In this document: in pieces, positions 1 to 12,451 of the stretch
How the letters are laid out: every line of letters starts with the position of its first letter
Position numbering within the stretch: position 1 is the first letter of the stretch
NCBI RefSeq assembly: GCF_006345805.1
Contig: NC_043000.1
Coordinates: 115,444,001-115,508,000, forward strand
Direction of reading: 5' to 3'
Origin: Octopus sinensis
Lineage: Eukaryota
DNA: 64,000 nt
Notes under the pieces: model-generated
The model's input: only the letters and a program-made list of their open reading frames with translations
Told to the model about the DNA's origin: nothing
The model's database searches: none
Program-made: the position numbers and the translations under genes

Positions 1-994
1 ATACAGGACGAAATTTACAAAAGGGTTTTGTCCGTTTGAAAAGTCTGTGTACAAATGCAAGATAACAACGAAAAATATAACAAATAATAGGGAGAGGCGC
101 TTCGAAAGGTTACTCGTGGAAAAACCCATATAAACCACGGGAGCCCTTTTCTCCTTTTATATTTACCTTTTTTTTTTTTTTGTCACAGGTGTAACCTCAG
201 AATTGGTCCGTTCATACTGGCCATTCTTCCGACATTCACCCACCTTTCAATAAATTTGCTACGAGACAGCACTTCCCTCTCTACTCTCACCTTCCTTTTC
301 AAGTGAAACAATAATAATAATAGTTTATATTCCTAGGTATGTGCAGTTAGTTAATGCAGCTGACTGTGCAATAGCTGGTTTCTCATCTTGTTGTCGTATA
401 TGTAGCTGATATTTATATATAGAATTATAAACATATTATTACACGCGTACTTTTATTTCTGTAAGATTTTACGATACGAAAAAGAAGAAGAAAAGACACC
501 AGCAATAAATAGTTCATTCTTTCAAAAGTTAGCATTCATTTAACCTTTACTCTGACTTTTACGTCTCTGTCACGTTCGTCAAGGTCACACACATATATAC
601 AGGCGTTGCTGTGTTGTAAGAAGCTTGCATCCTAGCCGCATGGTTCCGGGTTCAGTCTCACTGCATGGTATCTTGGGCAAGTGTCTGCTACTATACTATA
701 GTCTCCGGTCGACCAAAGCCTTGTGAGTGGATTTGGTAGACGGAAACTGAAAGAAGCCCGTTGTATATATATATATATATAACGCGGAGTATTTGAAACA
801 GACAACTGAAGAAGGGGAATATTCTTTATGTTGTATGTCTCGTTTCTCAGTTTTTTTTTTGGGGGGGGGGGTCGAAAAAAGTTCGTTTCTATGTTTTTGT
901 TATGTTTTCGTTTCTCATGGTGTTCAAAGTTTTTTGATGTCCTGTACCCATATATGCATGTCTATATACATATATATGTAGGTATGTACATATA

Positions 995-1835
995 AATCCT
1001 TTAAAATGTTTTAGCCCGAAGGCCGTGGCCATACTGGGGCACCACCGCTGAATGAGCTACACTAATATGTGAATCCACCTCTGATACGTGGCACTTGGTC
1101 AACAAGGGAGTTCGATGCCGCTGCCCGCATCTGTGTCTCCTGTCGTGAGGTAGGTTCATCTGGGACCCCCGACAAGAAGAGATCCAGTTTAGTTTTAAAG
1201 AAACCCACACCATGCAAGTCTCTCAGGCATTTAGGGAGGATGTTAAAGAGCTGTGGTCCTCTGAAACCCAAGCTGTTGCAGTATCTGGTCCTGTATTTTG
1301 ATGGTGATGTTGGAATCTTTGGCACCATGCAGAGGCGCCCCGTTCTGCGGTTGGGGTAACTTTGAATGCCAAAGTTTGGGACAAGACCCTCCAGGATTTT
1401 CCAGATGTATATCACCACATATCTCTCCCACCTTCGCTCTAGGGAGAAGAGGTTTAATACTTTCAGTCTTTCCCAGTAGCTGATATTTTGCATTGAGACA
1501 ATCTTTGTGTAGCTTCTTTGAATTGCTTCGAGTTCTGCTGTTAGTTTTATATTGTGTGGTGACCATAGTTGGGAGCAGTGTCCAAGCGGCTGAGGACGAA
1601 AGTTTTCCAGAGGACCATCAGTGTCTCCTCTCTTGTTCTGAAAGTTCGGAGAATCCATCTAACTAGCCGTCTGCATTTTATCACCAGATTAGTAATATGC
1701 ACTTGGAAAGATGCATCATTGCTCATGTCAATGCCCAGGTCACGCACTGATTTTGACTCAGGGATTGCAATTCTTCCCGGGCCAGTGTATCCAGTCTGCA
1801 TGTCGTTTACCTTTGTGTGCCGGTAGCGCACACAA
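995..1835 (-). mobile_element. 5'-truncated CR1/L2-clade LINE 3' end (RT C-terminus, frameshifted)
   Basis: VRDLGI, LEAIQR..TK, SYWERLKVLNLFSLERR, FRGPQLFN.LP, FKTKLD.FL motifs; 3' stem-loop at ~1013-1048. Confidence 0.9.
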
Positions 1836-1863
1836 TATGCATATATTTATATATTATTTATGT

Positions 1864-1909
<46 letters not shown>

Positions 1910-2089
1910 GTGTGTGAGTGTGTTTGTCCCCCAGCCCGCCGTCGCTTGACAACCAATGCTGGTATCTTTACATCCCCGTAACTTAGCGGTTCGGCAAATG
2001 AGTTCAATTGTATAAGTACCAGGCTTACAAAGAATAAGTCCTGGTGTCGATTTCTTGGACTAAAAGGTGGTACTCCAGCGTGGTCGCAG

Positions 2090-2128
<39 letters not shown>

Positions 2129-2821
2129 AACCGCTTTGACTTAGTGTGAACAGTAAATGGATTAAGGAATGTGTTCTTGGCAGAGTTATGTACCTTGATT
2201 ACTGGTCCACACGGGTTGGGGATGGGACTTGGGATTTTGTAGTTAAGTTCGTCGTCTAAGGTGGGCAAGGTGGCAAAATCGCTAGCATGCTGGACGAAAA
2301 TGTCTAGCAGTATTTCGACGGTCTTTACGTTCCGAGTAGGACTTCGGCTTTCATCGTTTCCAGGTGAACAGTGGGAATGGGGAGGTGTCGATGTAATCGA
2401 CTAAACCCGTCCCCACAATTTTCAGGCCTTGTGCCAGAAAGAATCATTTTACTCTCTGAAGCAACCTTATAAAAACAGACAAAAGTGAAAGCGAGCAAGA
2501 AAATCGTTTGACAGAAGTGGTGAAGAAAAAAAAAAAAAAGTGGAAATTGCATGTTAACCTGGGGATTAGCAGAAGGCATCTGCCGGGACTGAACTCAAAA
2601 GGCAACGTCGTGAAGGCGCGTGGTGTAGCGGTTAGTTGTGTCGGACTCATGATTGGATGATTGTGCTTTCGATTCCTGGACCAGACGATGCGTTGTATTC
2701 TTGAACAAAACATTTCATTATACGTTGCTTCATTTCATTCAGCTGGCAAAAATGGAGTAATTCTGCGTTGGGCCGGTGTCCCGTCCTAGTGGGGGAAAGT
2801 ATACGTCATCCTTCATTTAAA

Positions 2822-2859
<38 letters not shown>

Positions 2860-3772
2860 GTATTGTGTTTACTCATGTGTAAGTTGCACTATTTTATGCT
2901 TGCTTTTATCTGAAAATATTGGGGTATAACTTACACACAGTGTAATGCTAAACCTACGAAGCGAAAAAAAAATTGAACAAAGATTCAACATTTATTTAAG
3001 AGTGAGCTTATTGCATGAGTAAATGCGATATCCCAAATCGGCATTTCATGAAAATGAAACCGAGATTGTAATATCAAGTATAATAGTATCGAATGCCCTA
3101 CTTAATGTCACTAAAAACAGAAAAAAAAGAAGGAGTTTTGAGTCTGCAAAAGAAACAAGTTCGGTCTGGACTACAAATAAAATCGCCTTTTTAGTTAAAA
3201 ACCCTTCAGGTACGTATAAAATAAGTATCAGACACGAGGGATATTAATAAATATACTGTGTGTGTGTGTGTGGTAACTTTCTGAAACATGGATAATTTGT
3301 TAATAAAAGTTTCTGAATATACGTCTCAGATGGTTTTGTGGTGTAAAACTCTTTTGTCTCTCTTTAAACTCAAAGGTAGCCGGTCCTCAACGTGGTTATT
3401 TAGTATGCTAGAAATAACAGTTATTAGGCATAACAAAACAGCCACTATACTGATCTAATACGCCGCAATGGGGTCCTTTGCAGTTTACTAGGAGCCGAGA
3501 GTAGTTGATAGCACACAGAAGAAAAAAAAAAACAAGGAAAATAAATAATTCCAAGGCGAGGGGAGATTCCGAGCCCCCCGCCGCTCCGATTTCGGTGGAA
3601 AAAAGTCTTTTGCGATATATTAGGAGATGAGATTAGTTGATAGCACAAGAAACAAGAAAAACGAGGAAAAAACATTATTTCTCACTGAAATCGAGTTGGG
3701 TGTTGTTAAACTATAAATTTAAACTATATCTAAAGTACACATTTAAAAAATATTCTGGCAAAAATCGGATTT

Positions 3773-4217
3773 AAATACCTAATGGCAGGGTTTTCAGCAT
3801 TGCAATAGATTCAGAAGAGCTTGCAAAACCCCCCGGATAGCTCTTTCCGTATGTGCAAGGCCGGCCTTAAGCCAATTGGACCGAAGCGAAAACATATTTT
3901 CTACACTTTAGCGACACAAGTGTCAATGATTTTCTTCAATACATAAGGATATAAAGTCTAATGTTTTTGCTTTTTTGTGTTTTTTTGCAAGTCCATGTAG
4001 ATGTTTTTTAAAGACTTCAGGGAGACCACTCTTATGAAATGTCGCAGTTTAGAATGTGCACCTCTTATGCGCGAGACCCCCCCCCCCTTCGGGAGCAATC
4101 GGTCCAATCGGCCTAAGGCCGGCCTTGCACACACGGAAAGAGCTACTCAGGGGCTTTGCAATCTCTTCTGAATCCATTGCAATGCTGAAAACCCTTCTGT
4201 ATTGCCAGTAGGTATTT
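3773..4217. mobile_element. MITE-like element with ~115-bp terminal inverted repeats
   Basis: 3773-~3888 is the imperfect reverse complement of ~4097-4217; contains an AGGCCGGCC motif; no ORF. Confidence 0.65.
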
Positions 4218-7200
4218 CAAGGTCGCGAGCGTTTCGCCCCCTTAGCATGTACACTTCACCCGAAGACAATTGGAGTGAAGAAATGGATTAGTTACTTTTA
4301 TCTAATTTAGTTTTGTGCTAAACAATGATGCATTAAATTCGTATTGGTGCTCAGCTTTTTATCACTATCCATACGAGCTTTAACATTTCATAGAAATACG
4401 TAAGTCGATTAAGCAAAACATTCCGACTCTTAGCCAGTAGCTATATCCATGTCTTTTGCATCGATTCTCAAAACTCTCTTGGGTTCGCTAATATCTTTGT
4501 TAGATAAAAAAAATTTTTAATTAAATTTTCTATCGGGTGGGGAAAAAGATAAAATATTGAGTTGAAATCGATCCGTACTTGACTGATACTTTCATCACGC
4601 CAAGGGTGGATGAGAGGCAAATTTAATCTGGCGGAAGCCAACTTAGTCATTCGTATATCTGTCAAGTACTTTATCGATCTAATCGAACATATTTCAATGT
4701 GCAGAGTGATAGGGCTCAGAATAGAGGTAGAGTAACCTTTGGTGTCTGACAACTGCACCTTGCCAGGAATGGTCAAGTGGAGAGGCATTATTGATCCTTA
4801 TTCAACTCCTATCTTTCACTTGATGGCTCCTAGACCCGCCCCTGGTACCCCACTTGAACTGGTGAGCTGAGCCAAGTAAGGGAATGGCATTAGCACTACA
4901 CTAGTAGGCAAAAGATTCTGGGTAAAGCTTCCCAGGGAGTCCCCAGTTAAGGAGGAAGAACCTGTCCAGATCAACGGCCTAGAGTTCAAGGCCAAAACGC
5001 ATCTGGGGTAGAAGTATACGGTTGTGGATAACGGCTTGGAGAGGAATGGGTACTGCCAAACTAACTTACCCATGATACATTCATGATGATGACAACCAGA
5101 ACCTGACTGGTCGTCGCCTGGGTTAACAAAAAGTGGACCGGCTTCGATTTCTCCAACTTATAGAGGGTAGCACAAGTTCGAGAGAGGAGGCGAAATCTGG
5201 TTGCGACGTCATCAACGAATGCCCCAACGACCACACATGCGAAGGAAGGGGGAGATTTTGTGTGTGACCTTGCGCCAGCGTCAGAAATTAATATTTAGTT
5301 TCATTTTCGACATTCTGCTTTCTGGAGTTCAAATACTACCACAGTTTACATCATTTATCCCTCTGGGGTTGATAAAATAAATACCAGATGGATCATTGAA
5401 CGAGTTGTTTGTCTTGTTCAGTTAGCATCGATCTCTTTTTTTTTCTGGCTTAGTGTATCTCCGACTATATTGTCCACATTCTTCTTTTTAAGGGCGGTAG
5501 AGATTACTGTTTCAGGCATGTCATACGATTACGTATGAGGCTCGTTATTTATTTATTTATTATTATTATTTGCTTCCCTCCTGAGTTAACACTTTATTAG
5601 CTGTAACATAAGTCTCTCCCTTTGTCTGTCCCCTCTATGTTTAGCCCCTTGAGGGCAATAAAGAAATAAATTGAAAACTATTGGCCAGAAACAGGTCGGC
5701 TAAGTCACTGGGATCTTTCCACAACTTTGACAGACAATCAGACAGGGACTTCGCGTCGTTATAGAATAAAAAAAAATCTCATTTTATAAAATATTTTACA
5801 TCTCCAGATCTATTTTCAAAATATATAATGCCTTAGCAATTCTAAAGAAATGTTCTTCAGCCATGCTTGATGATACGAAACCAAGGATTTAAATTGTAGA
5901 CTAAACTGTTTCTCTAAAATAAGCTTATGCGACGTTTATGAAAATAATATTTCAGTGATTTTTATATAATTAACAAAGGAATAGAATATAATTTTGTTGT
6001 ATAATTTTTTTAGTGTTTTACCGCTTTTTTTATTGTATCTTATGTCATATAGTTTCTACAATTATCACCAGGTGTGTCTAATCACTTTTTTTTTTGCTTA
6101 AAATCTGAGGACATCCTTAAAGTTTGAAGAAAAAAATACATAAAGCACAAATATATATTTAAATGGAAGAAATAAAATGTTCACAAGCTCTGTTTAAATG
6201 AGAATAAAATTAATATATATATATCATTTGCATAGAAAACTACGAAATCAAGCTGTTAACAAGTAATGTTCACGGAAATACACGGAAACGACCGAATGTA
6301 GATTTTCTTAATTACTGTTTCCAAACTTATGAATGATTTAAAAGTTGTAAATTATTAATTATGTTGCTTTCAACATATAAATACACTAACAAGTTTTATT
6401 TTATTCTACTTCGGATAGCAATTAACACAAACAATAAACGTATTGTGTAACTTTTTAATTCTCCAAGCACGTGGTGATGGATTTGTTGTTTATATAAACT
6501 TATAATTAACATTATTTAATTGAAATATTTCAGTTAATTAGGCAAAGTTCTAATTGAAGCACACCATATATAACCGTCTGAAACTTTTTTTTTATTGATT
6601 TTATTTTGACAATCTCTGTTTGCAACGTCGAAGATTGCGATTTTAAGAAGAAAAATATTTTTCTGAATCTCTCCCCCTCCCCTCAAAATTTTTTCCTCTA
6701 TGGAATTTTTCCAGCCTTCTTTTATTTGTAATTAAGAAAAGGCAGACATTACGAATACCTGCCTCTTCCATAAGGTTTTCAAACTTTTAAAATAATTTTC
6801 GAAATTGGAAATTAACTACCCATAAATAAATATCTTATAATTTTGCTCAAGACAAACGAAATAACTTTCTATGTGTGTGTGTGTGTATCCAGAAATTGAT
6901 ATATGCGTGTATATGAAAATTATGAAAGCTTATTTCACACCTAATAAACTATAGGAAAACCCACAGAAAAATCTGGTATCACAATGCCATCTGTAGATCC
7001 ACGTCCTATTAAAAATATGCAACAAGTCTGTATAACATTTTTCGAATAGATTACATGGTTTCTTTTAATAATATTACGTTGAATGAAATGAAAGGCCATC
7101 ATCCTTCCACACATTGAATCTGTCATAATTTGTATGCAAATACACAACGAAAGCTTTCCCAGTAGGTATGTGAGGTGGGGTTCACCTAAAGCGGGGCGAG

Positions 7201-8649
7201 CGTTTCGACTCTAAGCGGTAGAATCGGTAATATTCCGGACAAAATGCTTAGCAGTATTTATTCCGGAAAATATAAACTTTTCCCCACAATACTAAGAGTA
7301 AAAGATGTTTTATATGACTCATTCTACCTGTGTCCGAAGTTTGAAAGTGTTTAGTTACAAAAAATTAATTTCTCGATCTGCCGTTGGAAGGGAGAAGATC
7401 CTTTATTCCAATTAATTACGTTCAAATTCGGCAAACTTTACCTTTCACCCTTTCGAGGTCGATAAAGTACCGGCTGAGTACTGAGGTCGATGTAATTAAT
7501 CGACTGCCCACTTCCCTTAGAATAACTGGCTTTGTGTCAAAATTTAAAAATCGTTATTTGTTTCGCATCGGAAGGTGCGCAAAATAATGTGTTTCTTTTA
7601 TTTTCGTGTTTCGAAGGAAAATGTCAGCGGACTCAAATCGTCCGTATTTTCAAACATGTATTAAAAATGCAAGAGCTTGAAGGGGAGGAGACGAGAAAGT
7701 GGAAAATTAAAAGATTTCTTTGTTTTTTCTTTTCCATAGGAGAGGGACAGTATTTAAAAAATAATAACGAAATTATTGTATACAGTGCTCAGGTGCACAA
7801 CAAAAGAAAAGAAAAGTTTGAAAATGTCTTTTTTTTTTTACAGAATCAGCTCTTCTAGATATGTATATGATAAATATATAATACAAAACCACATTAAAGA
7901 TATAAATCCAAACCCGGAAAAAGAAAAAAAAATGGGAAAAGAGGAACAAAGAAAGGGGAAAAAAATGTATCTTCTTCATTGAAAATAAATTTGAAGAAAT
8001 GGTAGGGGAAAAGCTACAACCAAGTTATCTAATATCCTCATCTGTACTCTGCCAATATTTTTTTTACTTCAGATTTTTGTTTGTTTTTTTTAAAAAAAAA
8101 CATTTGTAACTTTAGATTCACAGACATTTTAAAAACATTTTTGCATTTTAATTTGTAGTAATTGCTCTATGGAATTTAATGATTTATAAAAAAATATCTT
8201 TCATTTTTTTTTTACTTCAGTCTGTGGCCATGTTGGAGCACTGCCATGAAGGGTTTTAGTTGAACAAATTGACTACAGGACTTCTTGGGGAAATTTTGAA
8301 CCTGGGTTCTCATTCCTAAAGTATTTTCAATGTTGTTAATATTATTATTATTATTATTCAGGTCACTGCCTTGAATCAAATTCGGAATCTTGGGGTTAGT
8401 AGCCTGCACTCTTAACCACTACATCATATGCCGCCGCCCATTGTATATGTGTCTGTGTTTGTGCCCCCACAATCGTTTGACAGCCGATGGTGGTGTGTTT
8501 GTGTCTCCAATTGGCAAAAAAAGACCGATAGAATAAGTACTAGGCTTGCAAAGAATAAGTCCTGAGGTCGATTTGCTCGACTAAAGGCGGTGCTCCAGCA
8601 TGGTTGCAGTCAAATGACTGAAACAAGTAAAAGAGTGTGATCGCTTTAG

Positions 8650-8940
8650 TGAAGGCATGTGGCTAAGTGGTTTGGACTTTTGGCTCACAATCATAAGGCT
8701 ATGAGTTTGTTACCAGGCAGTGCATTGCATCTTTGAACAAAATACTTTGTTCCATGTTGCCCCAGTTCACTCAATTGGCGAAAGTGAGTCATGCCTGCAA
8801 TTCGAAAAGGGTCAGCCTTGTTGCATTCTATGTCACATTGAACTGCCCTGCGAACTATATTAAGAGTACACATGTCTGTGGAGTATTCAGCCACATGCAT
8901 ATTAATTTCACAAGCAGGCTGTTCTATTGATTGGATCATC
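8650..8940 (+). mobile_element. tRNA-derived SINE (family D); other copies ~26985-27165 (-), ~44455-44740 (-)
   Basis: tRNA-like head tggctaagtgg; shared body gccttgtcacattct..gtcac. Confidence 0.7.
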
Positions 8941-10899
8941 TGGTACTCTCATCATCACATCCGACCAAAGCTTTGTGAGTGGATTTGGTTGACGGAAACT
9001 GAAAGAAGCCTGTCGTATATATATATATATATGTATGTATGTGTGTGTGTATATGTTTGTGTGTCTGTGTTTGTCCCCCCCAACATCGCTTGACAACCGA
9101 TGCTGGTGTGTCCCCGTAACTTAGCGGTTCAGCAAAACAGACCGATAGAATAAGTACTAGGCTAACAAAGAATAAGTCCTGGGGTCGATTTACTCGACTA
9201 AAGGCGGTGCTCCAGCATGGCCACGGTCAAATGACTGAAACAAGTAAAAGAGTAATGTGTGTGTGTGTTTGCATCCAATACTAAAATAGGTTGAATGCTC
9301 ATTTCGCTTGAGCTAAATTGTCAGCCAATTCATCTCAGTCTGTCAAAATTAATAACCTTGTGCCTAAATCAGGAATAATTACTGTTATTGTTTGTGTATT
9401 TATTTATTGAAAATCCATTTAGCTGAGTCAGTGACCTAATTGTCAGAAAGTCAGTGATTTCATTGGACCACGTTTTGGACTGAATCAACAGATTAGAACA
9501 GAAAAACATTAACTTAATTATAGTTTTACACTTACTATGAGGTCTTTTCTCTGTAGCCATCCACTTTCACATTCAGACTAAATTTGAAAACATATTTCTA
9601 ATAAAATATTTCCACTTAAGTGTGTCAAGTTTTTAAATAGTTCAGAATTTGAAGGGATCTAATAAAAAAGAAAAGGAGTGCCCAAATTTTTTTATTTGAT
9701 TTATATTCCAAAAATCTTATTTTATACAACTTTATCTGATACTAAATATATAAAAAAAAATTTTTTTATTACAATATAGGCATAGGAGTGGCTGTGTGGT
9801 AAGTAGCTTGCTTGCCAACCACATGGTTCCAGGTTCAGTCCTACTGCGTGGCACATTGTGCAAGTGTCTTCTACTAGAGCCTTGGACCGACCAAAGCCTT
9901 GTGAGTGGATTTGGTTTACGGAAACTGAAAGAAGCCTGTCGTATGTATATGTATATGTTTGTGTGTCTGTGTTTGTTCCCACAACATCGCTTGACAACCG
10001 ATGCTAGTGTGTCCCCATAACTTAGTGGTTCGGCAAAGAAACCGATAAAATAAGTACTAGGCTTACAAAGAATAAGTCCTGGGGGTTGATTTGCTCGACC
10101 ATGGGCACTAAGGGGTTAAGGTAATGTTTGGATTATAATTGAAGTTTTTTACTAAAGTTATGACAGGGCATAAAGTTATGCCCTGAAATTTCAGTTTATC
10201 AAACCAACTCCAGTACTTGTTTTTTTAAGCTTGTTACTTATTCTGTTGGTCTCTTTTGCTGAACCACTAAGTAAAAGGATGTAAACACACCAACATCAGT
10301 TGTCAAGCAGTGGGTGGGGGTGGAGGTGGGGGCAAACACAGACACACATACGATGGGCTTTTTTCAGTTTCTGTCTATCAAATCCACAGACAAAGCTTTG
10401 TTTGGTCTAAGGCTATAGTAGAAGACACCTGCAAGCTTCCCAACCACATGGTTCCAGGTTCAGTCCCACTGTGTGGTACCTTGGGCGCATGTATATATAT
10501 CACGTGACCGACCAGACCATCAGATGTTGCTACACATCGCTGGTCACAATGCGTTTGCATTGTTTTAGTTGTTAAGTGAGCAGGCCAACAGAAGAAAGAG
10601 TGAGAGAAAGAGTGGTGAAAGAGTACAGCAGGGATCACCACCCCCTGCTGGAGCCTTGTGGAGCTTTTTAGGTGTTTTCGGTCAATAAACACACACAACG
10701 CCTGGTCTGGGAATCGAAACCGTGAGTCCGCTGCCCTAACCACTGGGCCATTGCGCCTCCACGTATATATATATATATGAAATGAAAACCTGGCACAATG
10801 TGGACAACAAATGAACATCTCTGTTGTCTGGGGAGAATCATTCTTTTTTTAGTGACTTATTAATTTAACAAACTCATCAGTAAAAGTTCCACTCATTTA

Positions 10900-11569
10900 T
10901 TTTTCTAGAATTTTTGTTGCATTTTCCAACTTTTTCAATAGTTGTTGACTCTGTAAGGTAAGCCTGCAGGAAATGTCCTAGTTTTCTTGGCACATTGCCA
11001 AAAGAGCCTGGGAGCAATGGATTTATCCCTGCTTCTGAAAAGCTGTGAGCATCCAGGGAATTGATCATGCAGACAATGTCCACGTGCGCAAATGGTTGTG
11101 AATGATTTTTTTCCATGGACCCTACACTTATCTCCACTTCTCAAGCTAGTTTGCCAAATAGTTATGCAGCAATCCTCTAAACTGGAGGCTTCCACTTTAT
11201 GGATAGTGTTATCAATGGTGGAATAGGAGCAGTTTCCACCGATGTCCGACCACATTTGAACTGGCAATGTCAGTGCTTGACTATGCTGTATGATGGTACA
11301 TCGTCGCCATAAACTTTTCATCTCATTGAAAGTCTCTTTTGGTGTATGACCATCGAAGTATAAGAACCTGATCACAGATCTGCATTCAACTGCCTTCATT
11401 ATAACACCTTAGTCCACCTCAGCAGTTGTAAAAGACAAACGAATACTAGTGGAAAGCTGTAATTTATGATGTGACATGTAGAGACATGTATGATTATACC
11501 TGTACAAGCTCCATTTCCTGCAGTAACCAGAAGTGGGTCAGGGAAAATCTTTAATGAACACCCCTCATA
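10900..11569 (-). mobile_element. Decayed mariner transposase and 5' TIR
   Basis: ECRSVIRFLY..G N-terminus, multiple frameshifts; TA-TGAGGGGTGTTCA TIR at ~11550-11569. Confidence 0.8.
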
Positions 11570-11639
11570 AACTTAATAAACAGTTGTTAGAGGGAGGTAA
11601 TAAAGATAAAGTTCGTTTCCATGTCATTTAGACTCATTG

Positions 11640-12412
11640 GGTTAGTTTCCTGGTTTCTGTGGCATATATATTTCCCGCTGGATGTGAACATTGACTGTTG
11701 CATTAGGTGGTAACAATTCAAAGTGAATTACTCCTTTGTAATCCCACCAGATAGAGAGAAGAACCTTTTTCCATGAAGTTCCCTTCTCGATTGTGGTTGA
11801 CCATTTCCCTTTTACAAAGCCACTATTTATGACGTTTAACATTTCAATAGAAGATCTATTTTTTGTCACCAGTCACAAGTCTATCCAAAAAGGGTGAAAA
11901 GAGTTTGCAAGAATGGCGAGGCAGATGTCAACTCAGGATTTGCAGTTGCTTTTGGACAATTTATGAGGCACCCATTTTCTAAGTTTAGGAACCATTCCAA
12001 GTTGCTGAAGATGACAATGAACAGTTGTATGGTTTGATGGATGTCCTGTTCCATCTTCATCTTCAAGGTTGAAATCTCCACTTCTGAATTTTGCAAACCA
12101 TCTTCTGCAAGTTCATTCAAGCATTCTTTCCCATAAACTGAGTGTATGTTTCGAGTCGCTTCGGCTGCAGAGTTTCCTTTTTTGTACTCATAAAGCATTA
12201 TGTGCCTTAAATCCTCTTTGGATACTTCCATGTTAGAAAGGGTTTTAATCGAAGAAATTTTAATTCTATTATTCTGTAAAATAATATTTAATTAGTTTAA
12301 ATGTACACAAATGCATAAAAATCATTTTTAATTCCATTAGACATTCTAAAATACTATTAAATTTCATTCAATTTTAAAAAACGGTAAAATCGGACAGAAC
12401 TTATGAGATGAC

Positions 12413-12417
<5 letters not shown>
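11640..12417 (-). mobile_element. Decayed Mos1/Hsmar-like mariner
   Basis: MEVSKEDLRHIMLYEYKKGNSAAEA; KKVLLSIWWDYKGVIHFELLP; TIR TCAGGTCATCTCATAAGTTCTGTCCG next to (TA)n. Confidence 0.9.

Positions 12418-12451
<34 letters not shown>

Noticed and set aside
4221-4270. Hammerhead-like GGCGAAACGC end (also ~7190-7215)
   Set aside because: No CUGANGA and no UH triplet; the 7190 case is an insertion in a SINE head
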